The notes under the pieces: generated by a model | The model's database searches: none | Told to the model about the DNA's origin: nothing | What the model saw: the letters and a program-made list of their open reading frames with translations, nothing else | Program-made: the position numbers and the translations under genes | Assembly (NCBI GenBank): GCA_965247115.1 | Contig: CBDFGR010000002.1 | Coordinates: 1,120,001 to 1,184,000, forward strand | Source of the DNA: Myxococcota bacterium | GTDB taxonomy: Bacteria > Myxococcota_A > UBA9160 > SZUA-336 | Direction: 5' to 3' | DNA length: 64,000 bases | Shown here: piece after piece, positions 1 through 8,640 of the stretch | How positions within the stretch are numbered: position 1 is the stretch's first letter | Layout: each line of letters begins with the position of its first letter

Positions 1-454
1 GCCCTTCCGGTGACACGTAATCCGGCCGAGGACTGATCGCAACGTGCTTTGGGGTCATGATCCCGGTGCGATCATCGATGAAGTTCTGGTCGGTGAACGA
101 GATCCGCGCATCTGGAAACCGAGCCAGAAGCTGCAACGAGTGCTCAAAGAAACCCGGGAGGACCAGATCGTCCGCTGAACCAAAGTACAGGAACTCGCTC
201 GTGGCGCTCTGAATACCTCGGTTGATCGCCGCGACCACTCCCCGGTTGCGATCGTTGCGCAGAAGGCGAACGCTCGGGTACTGCGTCGCGAACTTCTCGA
301 TTACCTGCACACTGTCGTCGGTGGACCCGTCATCAATGACGATGATCTCCCGGGCCGGCATCGACTGATCTACCAAGGCCTGCAGCGCGCTCTCAACGTA
401 CTGGGCGTGGTTGTAGTTCGGGAGAATCACGGAGAGCGTCGAAAGCTCACTCAT
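1..454 (-). CDS. Glycosyltransferase family 2 (partial, runs off the window start)
   Basis: Manual translation from ATG at 454: MSELSTLSVILPNYNHAQYV...IIVIDDGSTDDS...NRGVVAAINRG...FGSADD, a typical GT-A/GT2 N-terminus. Absent from the ORF track because it is truncated. Confidence 0.9.
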   Translation of the reverse strand, partial: MSELSTLSVILPNYNHAQYVESALQALVDQSMPAREIIVIDDGSTDDSVQVIEKFATQYPSVRLLRNDRNRGVVAAINRGIQSATSEFLYFGSADDLVLPGFFEHSLQLLARFPDARISFTDQNFIDDRTGIMTPKHVAISPRPDYVSPEG

Positions 455-484
455 TGACGATCCACCATTGAGGGCTAGAGGCGC

Positions 485-1474
485 TCAGGCGCGAAGCACG
501 TAGTCCGTCGGCCAGCTTCCGAGGACGTCGATGTACTTCTGCCCCCACTCGACCATCTCTCGGATACCCGCTTCGAGATCAATCTCGGGCTCCCAACCAA
601 CGTCCCGGCGGATCGCACTGCTATCCAGCCAGTACTGAGCATCCTGACCAAGTCGATCCCCTGTCACCTCGCAGAGATCGTCGAAGGGAATCTGCATCAC
701 CTGCGCAACCGTCGCCACGAGGTCTCGAATCGAGATGGGTTCGGGCGGCCCAGCGTTGTAGACCGTCCCCAGCGGTGCTTTTTGCGACGTGAGGTAAATC
801 GCACGGCCCAGGTCCCGCGCATGGATGTAGGACTTGCGCGCGCGCCCTCCCCCGTGGAGGGGCAGCTTCTGGCCTGTGAGACCCGCGACGACTGCCTTGG
901 GAATGACGCGATGCAGGAGCTGTCCGGGCGCGTACGCATTGGAGGGTCGGATGATGTTCATCGGGAAGTCGAGCACCTGCGAGATCGAGAGCAAGTGCAT
1001 GTCCCCGGCGGCCTTTGAGGCCGCATACGGGCTGGTCGGCTTCAGGGGGGTGTCCTCCTTCGCGGCGAAGTCCACGGCTCCATAAAGCTCGGAGGTTCCG
1101 ATCTGGATCCAGCGTTCGAGGTAGTCGCGGTCCATCAGCTCCTCGGTGACCCTCGCCAGGGCCATGGCGTTGGTCTCGAAGAACCGCCAGGACTTTTTCC
1201 AGGAAACGGCGCCCTCGCCCTGAGCGGCGAAGTTGATGATGACGCCCGGCCTCTCTTCATCGAGCAAGTCGAGGAGTCGGTCGAGCTCGTATGTAATGTG
1301 GATCGCGTGGTACGCGTAGCGCGGATCTCCTTTTCCAACGTTCAAGGAGAACGGCTCCGCCTTTTCGGGGTTCCGACCGACGCTGATCACCTTCTCGGGA
1401 TCCGCCCGCTCAAGCAAGTAGAATGCCGTTTGGATCCCGAATACTCCGCCTCCGCCAAGAATCACATACTTCAT
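485..1474 (-). CDS. NAD-dependent NDP-sugar epimerase/4,6-dehydratase (extended SDR)
   Basis: GGGGVFG Rossmann motif, TSELYG, catalytic YxxxK (SPYAASK), D-R-x-G-x-D-x-x-Y-type C-terminal motif. Confidence 0.88.
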   Translation of the reverse strand: MKYVILGGGGVFGIQTAFYLLERADPEKVISVGRNPEKAEPFSLNVGKGDPRYAYHAIHITYELDRLLDLLDEERPGVIINFAAQGEGAVSWKKSWRFFETNAMALARVTEELMDRDYLERWIQIGTSELYGAVDFAAKEDTPLKPTSPYAASKAAGDMHLLSISQVLDFPMNIIRPSNAYAPGQLLHRVIPKAVVAGLTGQKLPLHGGGRARKSYIHARDLGRAIYLTSQKAPLGTVYNAGPPEPISIRDLVATVAQVMQIPFDDLCEVTGDRLGQDAQYWLDSSAIRRDVGWEPEIDLEAGIREMVEWGQKYIDVLGSWPTDYVLRA

Positions 1475-1624
1475 CGTCTAACTCTCTCAGTCATGTACCA
1501 AACCAACGAACCCCGCGGATTATAGCCTATGAGAGGTCCCGCCCACATGCTCGGAGCGTGCAGCGTGCCAGGATGCGCGCCCGAGTGATATGATGCACCC
1601 TGACGAGTTCCACCAATCGCGCGC

Positions 1625-2542
1625 ATGAGTTCACCCAACAACGCACTGCCTGCACGATCCTCCGACGCAGCGCGGGATAGCGGGATCGAGTACGGCACGG
1701 CCGCTCTGTCAGGACGTCTCGCTCGTCTACCTGCGAAGCTCATCAAGAATCTGTGGGCTATGTTTCAGCTGATTCTCTCGAACCGTGGGTTGATCTGGCA
1801 ACTCACGGTCCATGAGCTGCGTTCGCGGTATGCCGCGACCCTGATCGGGTCGGTTTGGGCGGTCATCAACCCCGTCGTTGTGATCGTTGTCTTCTGGTTC
1901 GTGTGCTCCTATGGGCTTCGCATCACCTTCGAGAGCGGGCCACCGTACTTCCTTGTCCTGTTCTGCGGCCTCATCCCGTGGATGACCTTCAACGAAGCGC
2001 TCACCGGGGCGGCCGGAGCAGTTCTCCAGCACCAGTACCTTGTAAAGAGGGTCTCCTTTCCTCTCGAGATCCTGCCTATCGTGAACATCGTTTCCGCCGC
2101 GGTTGTGCACTTCTTTCTCGTAGCGCTGCTGATGATCATCCTGCTGCTGTCCGGGATCCGCATCACACCACACTCTTTTCAGGCAATCTACTTCCTGATA
2201 GCCATGGTGTCGCTGACGATCGGACTGAGCTGGGCCTTCGCTGCGCTGCAGGTATTCCATCGAGACCTCGGGCATGCACTCGCTGCGATCTTGACGATCT
2301 GGTTCTGGATCACCCCAATCGTATGGCCAGTACGCGACCTCTCCGATCGAGCGATGTGGTTGATCCAACTGAATCCACTCTTCTACGTGGTCCAGGGGTA
2401 CCGGAACGCCTTCCTCTATGAGGCACCCCTCTTCGCGATGTGGCCCCTCGACGTCTACTTCTGGGGGTTGACGGTCACGCTGCTTGTTCTCGGGGCAACC
2501 GTATTTCGACAGCTTCGGCCCCACCTTGCAGACGTCCTATGA
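1625..2542 (+). CDS. wzm: ABC-2 polysaccharide exporter permease
   Basis: LRSRYAATLIGSVWAVINP, RDLGH, WFWITPIVW, NPLFY motifs; about 6 TM helices; directly upstream of wzt. True start may be downstream. Confidence 0.92.
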   Translation: MSSPNNALPARSSDAARDSGIEYGTAALSGRLARLPAKLIKNLWAMFQLILSNRGLIWQLTVHELRSRYAATLIGSVWAVINPVVVIVVFWFVCSYGLRITFESGPPYFLVLFCGLIPWMTFNEALTGAAGAVLQHQYLVKRVSFPLEILPIVNIVSAAVVHFFLVALLMIILLLSGIRITPHSFQAIYFLIAMVSLTIGLSWAFAALQVFHRDLGHALAAILTIWFWITPIVWPVRDLSDRAMWLIQLNPLFYVVQGYRNAFLYEAPLFAMWPLDVYFWGLTVTLLVLGATVFRQLRPHLADVL

Positions 2543-2554
2543 GGGGTCGTTGCG

Positions 2555-3907
2555 ATGGCAACTGACGCAGCGATTAGAGTCACTCACCTTTCGAAGAAGT
2601 ATCAGCTCTTTGATTCCAAGGCCCATCGAGTCCGCGAGGCTCTCCATCCTCTCCGCCGCACCTATCACCGAGAATTCTGGGCCTTGAAGGACATCAACCT
2701 CGAGATCCCGAAAGGCCTCACCGTAGGCATCCTGGGTCTCAACGGCTCGGGGAAATCAACTCTTCTTCAGATCATTGCTTCGGTTCTCGAACCGACGGCC
2801 GGTACGGTCCAGGTCGACGGAAAGGTCGCTGCGCTTCTCGATCTCGGAGCCGGACTCAACCCGGATCTGACCGGACGTGAGAACGTAGTCCTGAGCGGAA
2901 CGATCATGGGGCTCAGCCGCGAGCAGATTCTCGAGCGCATGGACGAGATCGAGTCCTTTGCCGACATTGGGCAGTTCTTCGACCAGCCTATGAGGACCTA
3001 CTCGTCTGGCATGTTCATGCGCGTCGCCTTCTCGACCACGATCTACGTGGACCCCGAGATCCTACTGATCGACGAGGTCCTCTCCGTCGGAGACATCAAG
3101 TTTCAAGAGAAGTGTTTCCGCCGACTCAGAGGTCTGCAGGAAGCTGGGAAGACCATCCTCATTGCCACTCATGATCGCTCGATGGTGCCGCGAATCTGCG
3201 AGCTCGGCTTAGTGTTGCATCAGGGTGAGCTCGTCGAGCTAGGAGAGCCCGCTCGAATCATCGACCTGTACGGCCAACTGCTAGCCTTCGGTCAGGTTCA
3301 GGACGAGACCGCTGTTCCAGGAGTGAACCTGACTTCCGTTGAGAGTGTAGACGCCTGCACGCAACCGACTCGAGAAGTCGTCGACCCGATCAAGGCCTTT
3401 CTCGAGAATCCCTCAGTTGAGGATCGGTGTAATCTGAACCCCACGTATAACAAGTATGAGCAGCGAAGCGGCGACGGGCATTGCGAGATCATCGACTTCC
3501 TGATCCAGGAAGGATCCAACCTCAACCCGAGTAGTATCTACGCAGGTGGTCACGTGGACATCTATGCAAAAGTGCGCTTCCACTCAGAAGTCGAGAGTCC
3601 CATCTTCGGTCTCGAGTTCATGAACAAGGAAGGCGTCATCCTCTATGGAATCAATACCGAGATGATGATGAAGAGCCTCGAGTCCGGGAGGCCCGGCTCT
3701 ATTCGCTGCTATCGCTTCAGAGTACGGGCGGCACTCTCACCCGGTGATTGGTTCATCTACTTCTGCATTGCCCGATCCTCGACCGAACTCTGCGACTACC
3801 GCTGCGCCCTCTCGCATCTCCATGTCATGGAGCAGCATCGATACACCGGACTCACGAGGTTCGAGACGGAGTTTCGAGAGCTCGAGGCGACGGATCCCTT
3901 TCCCTGA
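2555..3907 (+). CDS. wzt: ABC polysaccharide exporter ATPase with C-terminal carbohydrate-binding (Wzt-C) domain
   Basis: FWALKDI, Walker A GLNGSGKST, signature YSSGM, Walker B ILLIDEVLSVGD, plus about 170 aa beta-rich C-terminal domain. Confidence 0.93.
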   Translation: MATDAAIRVTHLSKKYQLFDSKAHRVREALHPLRRTYHREFWALKDINLEIPKGLTVGILGLNGSGKSTLLQIIASVLEPTAGTVQVDGKVAALLDLGAGLNPDLTGRENVVLSGTIMGLSREQILERMDEIESFADIGQFFDQPMRTYSSGMFMRVAFSTTIYVDPEILLIDEVLSVGDIKFQEKCFRRLRGLQEAGKTILIATHDRSMVPRICELGLVLHQGELVELGEPARIIDLYGQLLAFGQVQDETAVPGVNLTSVESVDACTQPTREVVDPIKAFLENPSVEDRCNLNPTYNKYEQRSGDGHCEIIDFLIQEGSNLNPSSIYAGGHVDIYAKVRFHSEVESPIFGLEFMNKEGVILYGINTEMMMKSLESGRPGSIRCYRFRVRAALSPGDWFIYFCIARSSTELCDYRCALSHLHVMEQHRYTGLTRFETEFRELEATDPFP

Positions 3908-3913
3908 ACGGAG

Positions 3914-5596
3914 TCAATCAGCAGTCGGACTCTCGGGATGCGGGACCCTCGATACTGCAGGAAAGTCAGGCCACCAGCCATGGTAGGCAGCGACAAGTGA
4001 GATGTCCGGTAGCATCTCGTAGTCTTCTCCGTCGATGCAGCCGAGAATCACCCGGAAGGTGTTGACAGGAGAAATTCGGTCATAGAGTCGAGATCTGCAG
4101 GCGCCGGGCAGGCGAATACTGTTCAGAATCCCGAACACTTCCAGGACATCGTCAGAAGTCCATTCGGCCGCTGGACGCTCTCGCATCTTGTTGATCATCG
4201 TAGTCCCGTGATCTCCTTGAACGACGATGATCGCCTTCGGGTCGACCTCGATTATGGCGTCAATCGCATCACGAAGCTGAGCTTCCATGCACGGGACCTG
4301 CTCACGATAGGCGATCTCCAGGGCGGACCGAGTCGGTTTTGGAGTGCGCCCGTATATGCGTAGCGGGTGCTGATAGTCGCATTGGCTATCGAATGCCAGG
4401 TTGTGGACACCCATGAAGTGGACGAACCAAAAGAAGGGCCACTCGTCCTCACCCGGGATGTCCCCCACAACATCGCGAGGCTGATAGGAATGAAAGAACG
4501 CGATCGTTCCATCCCGCAAATCAGGCAAATGGTCATCGGGTCCCGTTTCTGTCCAATCGGGCTCGAACCGATCTAGAAGCCAGAGAATCGGAGTCGCCTT
4601 GACCAATCCGAGCTCCTGCATCGTTACGAGGCGGCTTCGCTTGCGGATACATCTATCCTCGTACCCGCCGCACTCAGTTGCGGGCAGAAACCCGTTGGTG
4701 GTGTGCAGGATTTTGTAGCCTCGGGCTCGAAAGGCGGCTGTCACCGGGCTGTTTCCTCTGAGCAGGGCCCCGCCATCTGCCGTGGTGTTGTATATGGCTT
4801 CGGGGCCCTCCTCTACGATGAAGTCCATGTTGAGTGTGCTGGAAATCGAGTAGGCCGTGACCGGGAAGTTGGAGTAGCTCTCATCAGCGACGAAGAAGCC
4901 ATTTGACTCGAGATAGTCGATGAACTCGGAGTAGTCTGACTCGTAGAACTTCTGAAAGGCGTCGTTGCGCACGAGCGAGTCAACAGTCAGATGGTAAACG
5001 TTAGGCCTTGATTCGGGGAGATTGCTGGGCTGGATGAGGGGCTGGCCGCGCCATGGCTTGTAGGTTCCCCTGGCCAAATGCCCTGGCATCTCTGGCAGCT
5101 CAGGGCCGGCGCGCTGAGCCACCGCGGAGGCAACGACAGATACACTCATAAGCAGGAGAACCGCCGGAAGGATTCTACGAATCATCGCGAACCGGGGCAC
5201 GAAGTAGAACGCGATGCAGAGGACGAGCGTGACCACACCCCAGGAGACGATCTTGCCGTGGTCCCACTCCTGCGGAAGCACACCGACCAGGCTGTGGTAG
5301 TTGAAGAACATCAGCGCAAGCGCTGCGGTCGCGTATAGGCACTTCACTGTCGACCGGAACAGCGTAAGTGCGAGGATGGCAACGTAGAGCGGAAGCGAAG
5401 CGAAGAGGCTGAAGACGAAAGCGGCGAGGAAACGCGGATTGTCTATGTACTCGGCGTCTGCATAGTTAAACGCCCAGAGATTGCAGAAGGGCCATGCGAG
5501 GGCCAGCACCAGGACAGCCACTCCGCCGAGGATCTGGCTTCCGCGTCCAGGTCTGCCGCCTGGGACACCTGGCTGTCCTCCTTCTGCTATCGTCAT
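3914..5596 (-). CDS. Membrane-anchored alkaline phosphatase/sulfatase-superfamily protein (LtaS/EptA-like architecture)
   Basis: About 5 N-terminal TM helices, then PNVYHLTVDS, SNFPVT (candidate Thr nucleophile), FVHFMGVH and IIVVQGDHG. Confidence 0.75.
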   Translation of the reverse strand: MTIAEGGQPGVPGGRPGRGSQILGGVAVLVLALAWPFCNLWAFNYADAEYIDNPRFLAAFVFSLFASLPLYVAILALTLFRSTVKCLYATAALALMFFNYHSLVGVLPQEWDHGKIVSWGVVTLVLCIAFYFVPRFAMIRRILPAVLLLMSVSVVASAVAQRAGPELPEMPGHLARGTYKPWRGQPLIQPSNLPESRPNVYHLTVDSLVRNDAFQKFYESDYSEFIDYLESNGFFVADESYSNFPVTAYSISSTLNMDFIVEEGPEAIYNTTADGGALLRGNSPVTAAFRARGYKILHTTNGFLPATECGGYEDRCIRKRSRLVTMQELGLVKATPILWLLDRFEPDWTETGPDDHLPDLRDGTIAFFHSYQPRDVVGDIPGEDEWPFFWFVHFMGVHNLAFDSQCDYQHPLRIYGRTPKPTRSALEIAYREQVPCMEAQLRDAIDAIIEVDPKAIIVVQGDHGTTMINKMRERPAAEWTSDDVLEVFGILNSIRLPGACRSRLYDRISPVNTFRVILGCIDGEDYEMLPDISLVAAYHGWWPDFPAVSRVPHPESPTAD

Positions 5597-5718
5597 CTCC
5601 TACTCAGCCGTCGGTTCGCTCAAGCAGGCCCCCTCGTATCGATTCAGCGACTAGGCGCTACCGTAGTGTATCATGATCACGAGCACTGGCTGCGTTCGTG
5701 CGCCAAGGAGACGTTTCG

Positions 5719-6054
5719 ATGACAAAGTATGTTGTTCTTGTCGGCCTCGTGTATTTCGCCTTGTTCCTGGTCCCCAGCGCGAACGCTGGGCTGCTGGTTC
5801 AGGACGGCCAGGTCACCATGGTGTCGAACACCACCGGAAACCAGTCCCAGTACAAGGTCGATGTCGTCGGAGGGACTGGCTTGTGCGCGGATACCACTCT
5901 CATCTTCAATGAGGCAAGGGCCGGAGATCATGAGGTCTTCAAGCGCGGTTTCGCCGTCGCTCTCACGGCGCTGGCAACGCGATTGCCGGTGACGGTCTAT
6001 TCCTATGACGACGATAACTGTTACAGCTCCGCCTACATTCACATCCGGGACTGA
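5719..6054 (+). CDS. Small secreted protein with two Cys (possible OB-fold)
   Basis: AAGGAG RBS at 5705-5710; signal peptide ending ANA; about 88 aa mature domain. Confidence 0.7.
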   Translation: MTKYVVLVGLVYFALFLVPSANAGLLVQDGQVTMVSNTTGNQSQYKVDVVGGTGLCADTTLIFNEARAGDHEVFKRGFAVALTALATRLPVTVYSYDDDNCYSSAYIHIRD

Positions 6055-6122
6055 GTCGGCGCTCCTAGGGCACCTCTCGCAGAGAGTCTGACGCCCTGAA
6101 GGCCTTCCTCGGCTCCAGAGGA

Positions 6123-7481
6123 ATGGGGATCACCGGGCCAGCAACCTACGCTCAGTGGCAGAGCCGGATCTTCGCGGTCTCTTGGGCAACATACTTCGCC
6201 TACTACCTGTGCCGACTGAACATGACGGTGGCGAGCACTCCTCTTCGAGAGACCTTCTCGTGGAGTGCTGCGGACCTCGGAAAGGTCTTCTCATCGCTGA
6301 CCCTCTTCTACGCCATCGGTCAATTCGTGAACGGTCAGCTCGGAGACCGATTCGGCGCTCGTATCATCACTTCCCTTGGAATTCTCGGTTCCATCGGGAT
6401 GAACTGCGCCGTCTTCGTCCTCAGCAGGTACGCGCCTCCAGACGTAGGCCCAGGAGGAGCGAGTTTGACCCTGCTCATCTGCTTCTGGGGTGCCAACGGG
6501 TTCTTTCAAGCGATGGGGTGGGCACCACTCGTAAAGGTGATGGCGAACTGGTTCCCGCTCCTCGGTCGCGGGAGGGTAATGGGATGGTTTGGTACCTCCT
6601 ATCAGCTTGGAGCGGCGGCCGCCGTGGCGCTCGCAACGTTTCTCACTGGCTACTACGCCCATGAGCTCAGTGGCGATTGGCGAATGGTCTTCCTTGTTCC
6701 TTCCGGCATCTTTGCGCTCGTCGGAGTGCTGTTCTTCTTGTTTGTAAGGGATTCTCCCGCTGACCTTGGAGTCGTAGATCCGAGCAGCACCGCCGCGAGC
6801 GAGATGCGAATCGAGCCACGGCCCATACTTCACAACATCCTTGCGACGGTCCGGGATCCGAAGCTGCTGATCATTGCGAGTGCGTTCTTTCTGCTCGACG
6901 TCAATCGCTACGGGTTCGTAAACTGGATGCCGGCGTTCCTCGATGATTCATCGCCCAGCAATTCCAGCCCATTGCTTGCAAACGTCGAGAAGGCCATCAA
7001 GCTTGTCATCCATCCTCTCGCCGGTTCCGTCGGAGCTATCGTCGCAGGCTGGGCCACGGATCGGTTCTTCGGGGGACGACGCGCGCCCGTCGTCGCGATC
7101 CTGCTGGTTGGACTGGGGATCTTCTCCTTCGCGTTCGTCTCCGTCGATCCCAACGACACGTTCTGGGTCGTCAGCATCGTTGCCATGGTGGGATTCTGTA
7201 CCTACGGGCCACACATCCTCATGGTCGGACATGCAGCGCAAGACTTTGGTCGTGAGCAGGGATCTGCTAGCGCGGCGGGGTTCATCGACTGCATGGGATA
7301 TATCGGGGCGACGCTCGCTGGCTGGGGCGCGGGGATCCTCATCGAGCGCGTGGGGTACGCCGTGACCTTTCAGACGTTCGGCTACGCTGCAATTGCCGGG
7401 GCCGCCCTGATCAGTTTGCTGTGGCGTACCAGGCCGGTCGCAACACGGCCCCACCAATCGATACGAGTTGGTGTCCGCTGA
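6123..7481 (+). CDS. MFS transporter, organophosphate:Pi antiporter (GlpT/UhpT) family
   Basis: YYLCRLN, GQLGDRFG, NGFFQAMGW, ANWFP..RG, AAGFIDCMGYIG; 12-TM pattern. Confidence 0.85.
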   Translation: MGITGPATYAQWQSRIFAVSWATYFAYYLCRLNMTVASTPLRETFSWSAADLGKVFSSLTLFYAIGQFVNGQLGDRFGARIITSLGILGSIGMNCAVFVLSRYAPPDVGPGGASLTLLICFWGANGFFQAMGWAPLVKVMANWFPLLGRGRVMGWFGTSYQLGAAAAVALATFLTGYYAHELSGDWRMVFLVPSGIFALVGVLFFLFVRDSPADLGVVDPSSTAASEMRIEPRPILHNILATVRDPKLLIIASAFFLLDVNRYGFVNWMPAFLDDSSPSNSSPLLANVEKAIKLVIHPLAGSVGAIVAGWATDRFFGGRRAPVVAILLVGLGIFSFAFVSVDPNDTFWVVSIVAMVGFCTYGPHILMVGHAAQDFGREQGSASAAGFIDCMGYIGATLAGWGAGILIERVGYAVTFQTFGYAAIAGAALISLLWRTRPVATRPHQSIRVGVR

Positions 7482-7488
7482 GCACGAC

Positions 7489-8640
7489 TCAAGCTCGTGG
7501 CGGAGCCAAGTTTTCAAAGGCCTCGATCAGTAGCTGACGCGCTCCGGCTTCGTCGATCGTCGCGAGATTGTTCCCTGCCCGCTCCGGTGCGATAAGCCGC
7601 CCCTTGAGTCCAGCAAGAGCGCCTCGGTCGGGAACGTGAGCTCTTACCAGCCCTGCGAGATCGGCTATCTGGAAGAGTCCGTCCAAGCGCTCGAGCGCCC
7701 GCTCCAGGCTCTCGCAGCCAAGGGACTCGATGACGAGACAGGTACGTTCGGCCGCGACGGAGTGGTTCAGGCGGAGGACCTGCGGCAGTGTGAAGCTGAC
7801 GGCCAGCCCGTGCGGCAAACCGAGCTCGGAAGTAATCGGATAGGAGATCGAGTGCGCGAGGGCGGTGCGGGTGTTGCTGATGGCCACTCCCGCAAAGTGA
7901 CTGGCGAGCTGGAGGGTCTCCCGGACCTCGAGGTTGCCCGGAGTCTGGAGCACGAGCTCCAATGCGTCCGGGATCCGGCTGATGGCATTTACGGCGAACA
8001 GGTCGGACACGGAGCTGGCATTCCGATTCCAGATTGACTCCATGGCGTGCGAGAGCGCGTCGAGAGCGCTCGCGATCGTGGCCTCTCTGGGGAGCGAGAC
8101 CGTCAGCTCGGGGTCCAGGATAGCCAGGTCGGGGAATAGTCCGGGATGAGTGAGGGAACACTTAGCCCCCGTATGTTCGTCCCAGAGCGTCGCAAAGGGT
8201 GTAACTTCGCTGCCCGTCCCCGCCGTGGTCGGGACCGCGATGAGCGGGCCCAGATCCAGTCCCTCAGCAAGTGGTCGACCGTCGCGAAGGTGGGCCTCGA
8301 AGTCCTCCTCGGAAACCTCGGGGGCCCTCAGAACTGTCACCGCCTTAGCCGTATCAATCGCGCTTCCGCCACCCACTGCGAGCAGAACGGGTCCCGGCCT
8401 TTCCTTCTCCAGCTCCCGCGCGGCGGCGAGACAGTCGTGAATGGTCGGGTTGGGTGATACTCCGGTGTACACATTTCGCAGCCGGGTCCCGAGTAGACGC
8501 TCGACCCGTTCCAACGTACCGCGGCGCAGCGCCCCTGCCGTCATCACAGCTACGGCGTCCCGTCCACCGAGCAGCTCCGGCAGCGCTCTCAGTGACGAGC
8601 GGCCGGTAACCAGCCTAACCGGATTTCGAAACTCTCTCAC
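7489..8640 (-). CDS. Phosphonoacetaldehyde reductase (group III Fe-containing alcohol dehydrogenase; makes 2-hydroxyethylphosphonate)
   Basis: GGGSAIDTAK, PTTAGTGSEVT, DALSHAMES, AHSISYPIT, HGLA; last gene of the pepM-ppd-mpnS operon (GTGA overlap). Confidence 0.88.
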   Translation of the reverse strand: MREFRNPVRLVTGRSSLRALPELLGGRDAVAVMTAGALRRGTLERVERLLGTRLRNVYTGVSPNPTIHDCLAAARELEKERPGPVLLAVGGGSAIDTAKAVTVLRAPEVSEEDFEAHLRDGRPLAEGLDLGPLIAVPTTAGTGSEVTPFATLWDEHTGAKCSLTHPGLFPDLAILDPELTVSLPREATIASALDALSHAMESIWNRNASSVSDLFAVNAISRIPDALELVLQTPGNLEVRETLQLASHFAGVAISNTRTALAHSISYPITSELGLPHGLAVSFTLPQVLRLNHSVAAERTCLVIESLGCESLERALERLDGLFQIADLAGLVRAHVPDRGALAGLKGRLIAPERAGNNLATIDEAGARQLLIEAFENLAPPRA

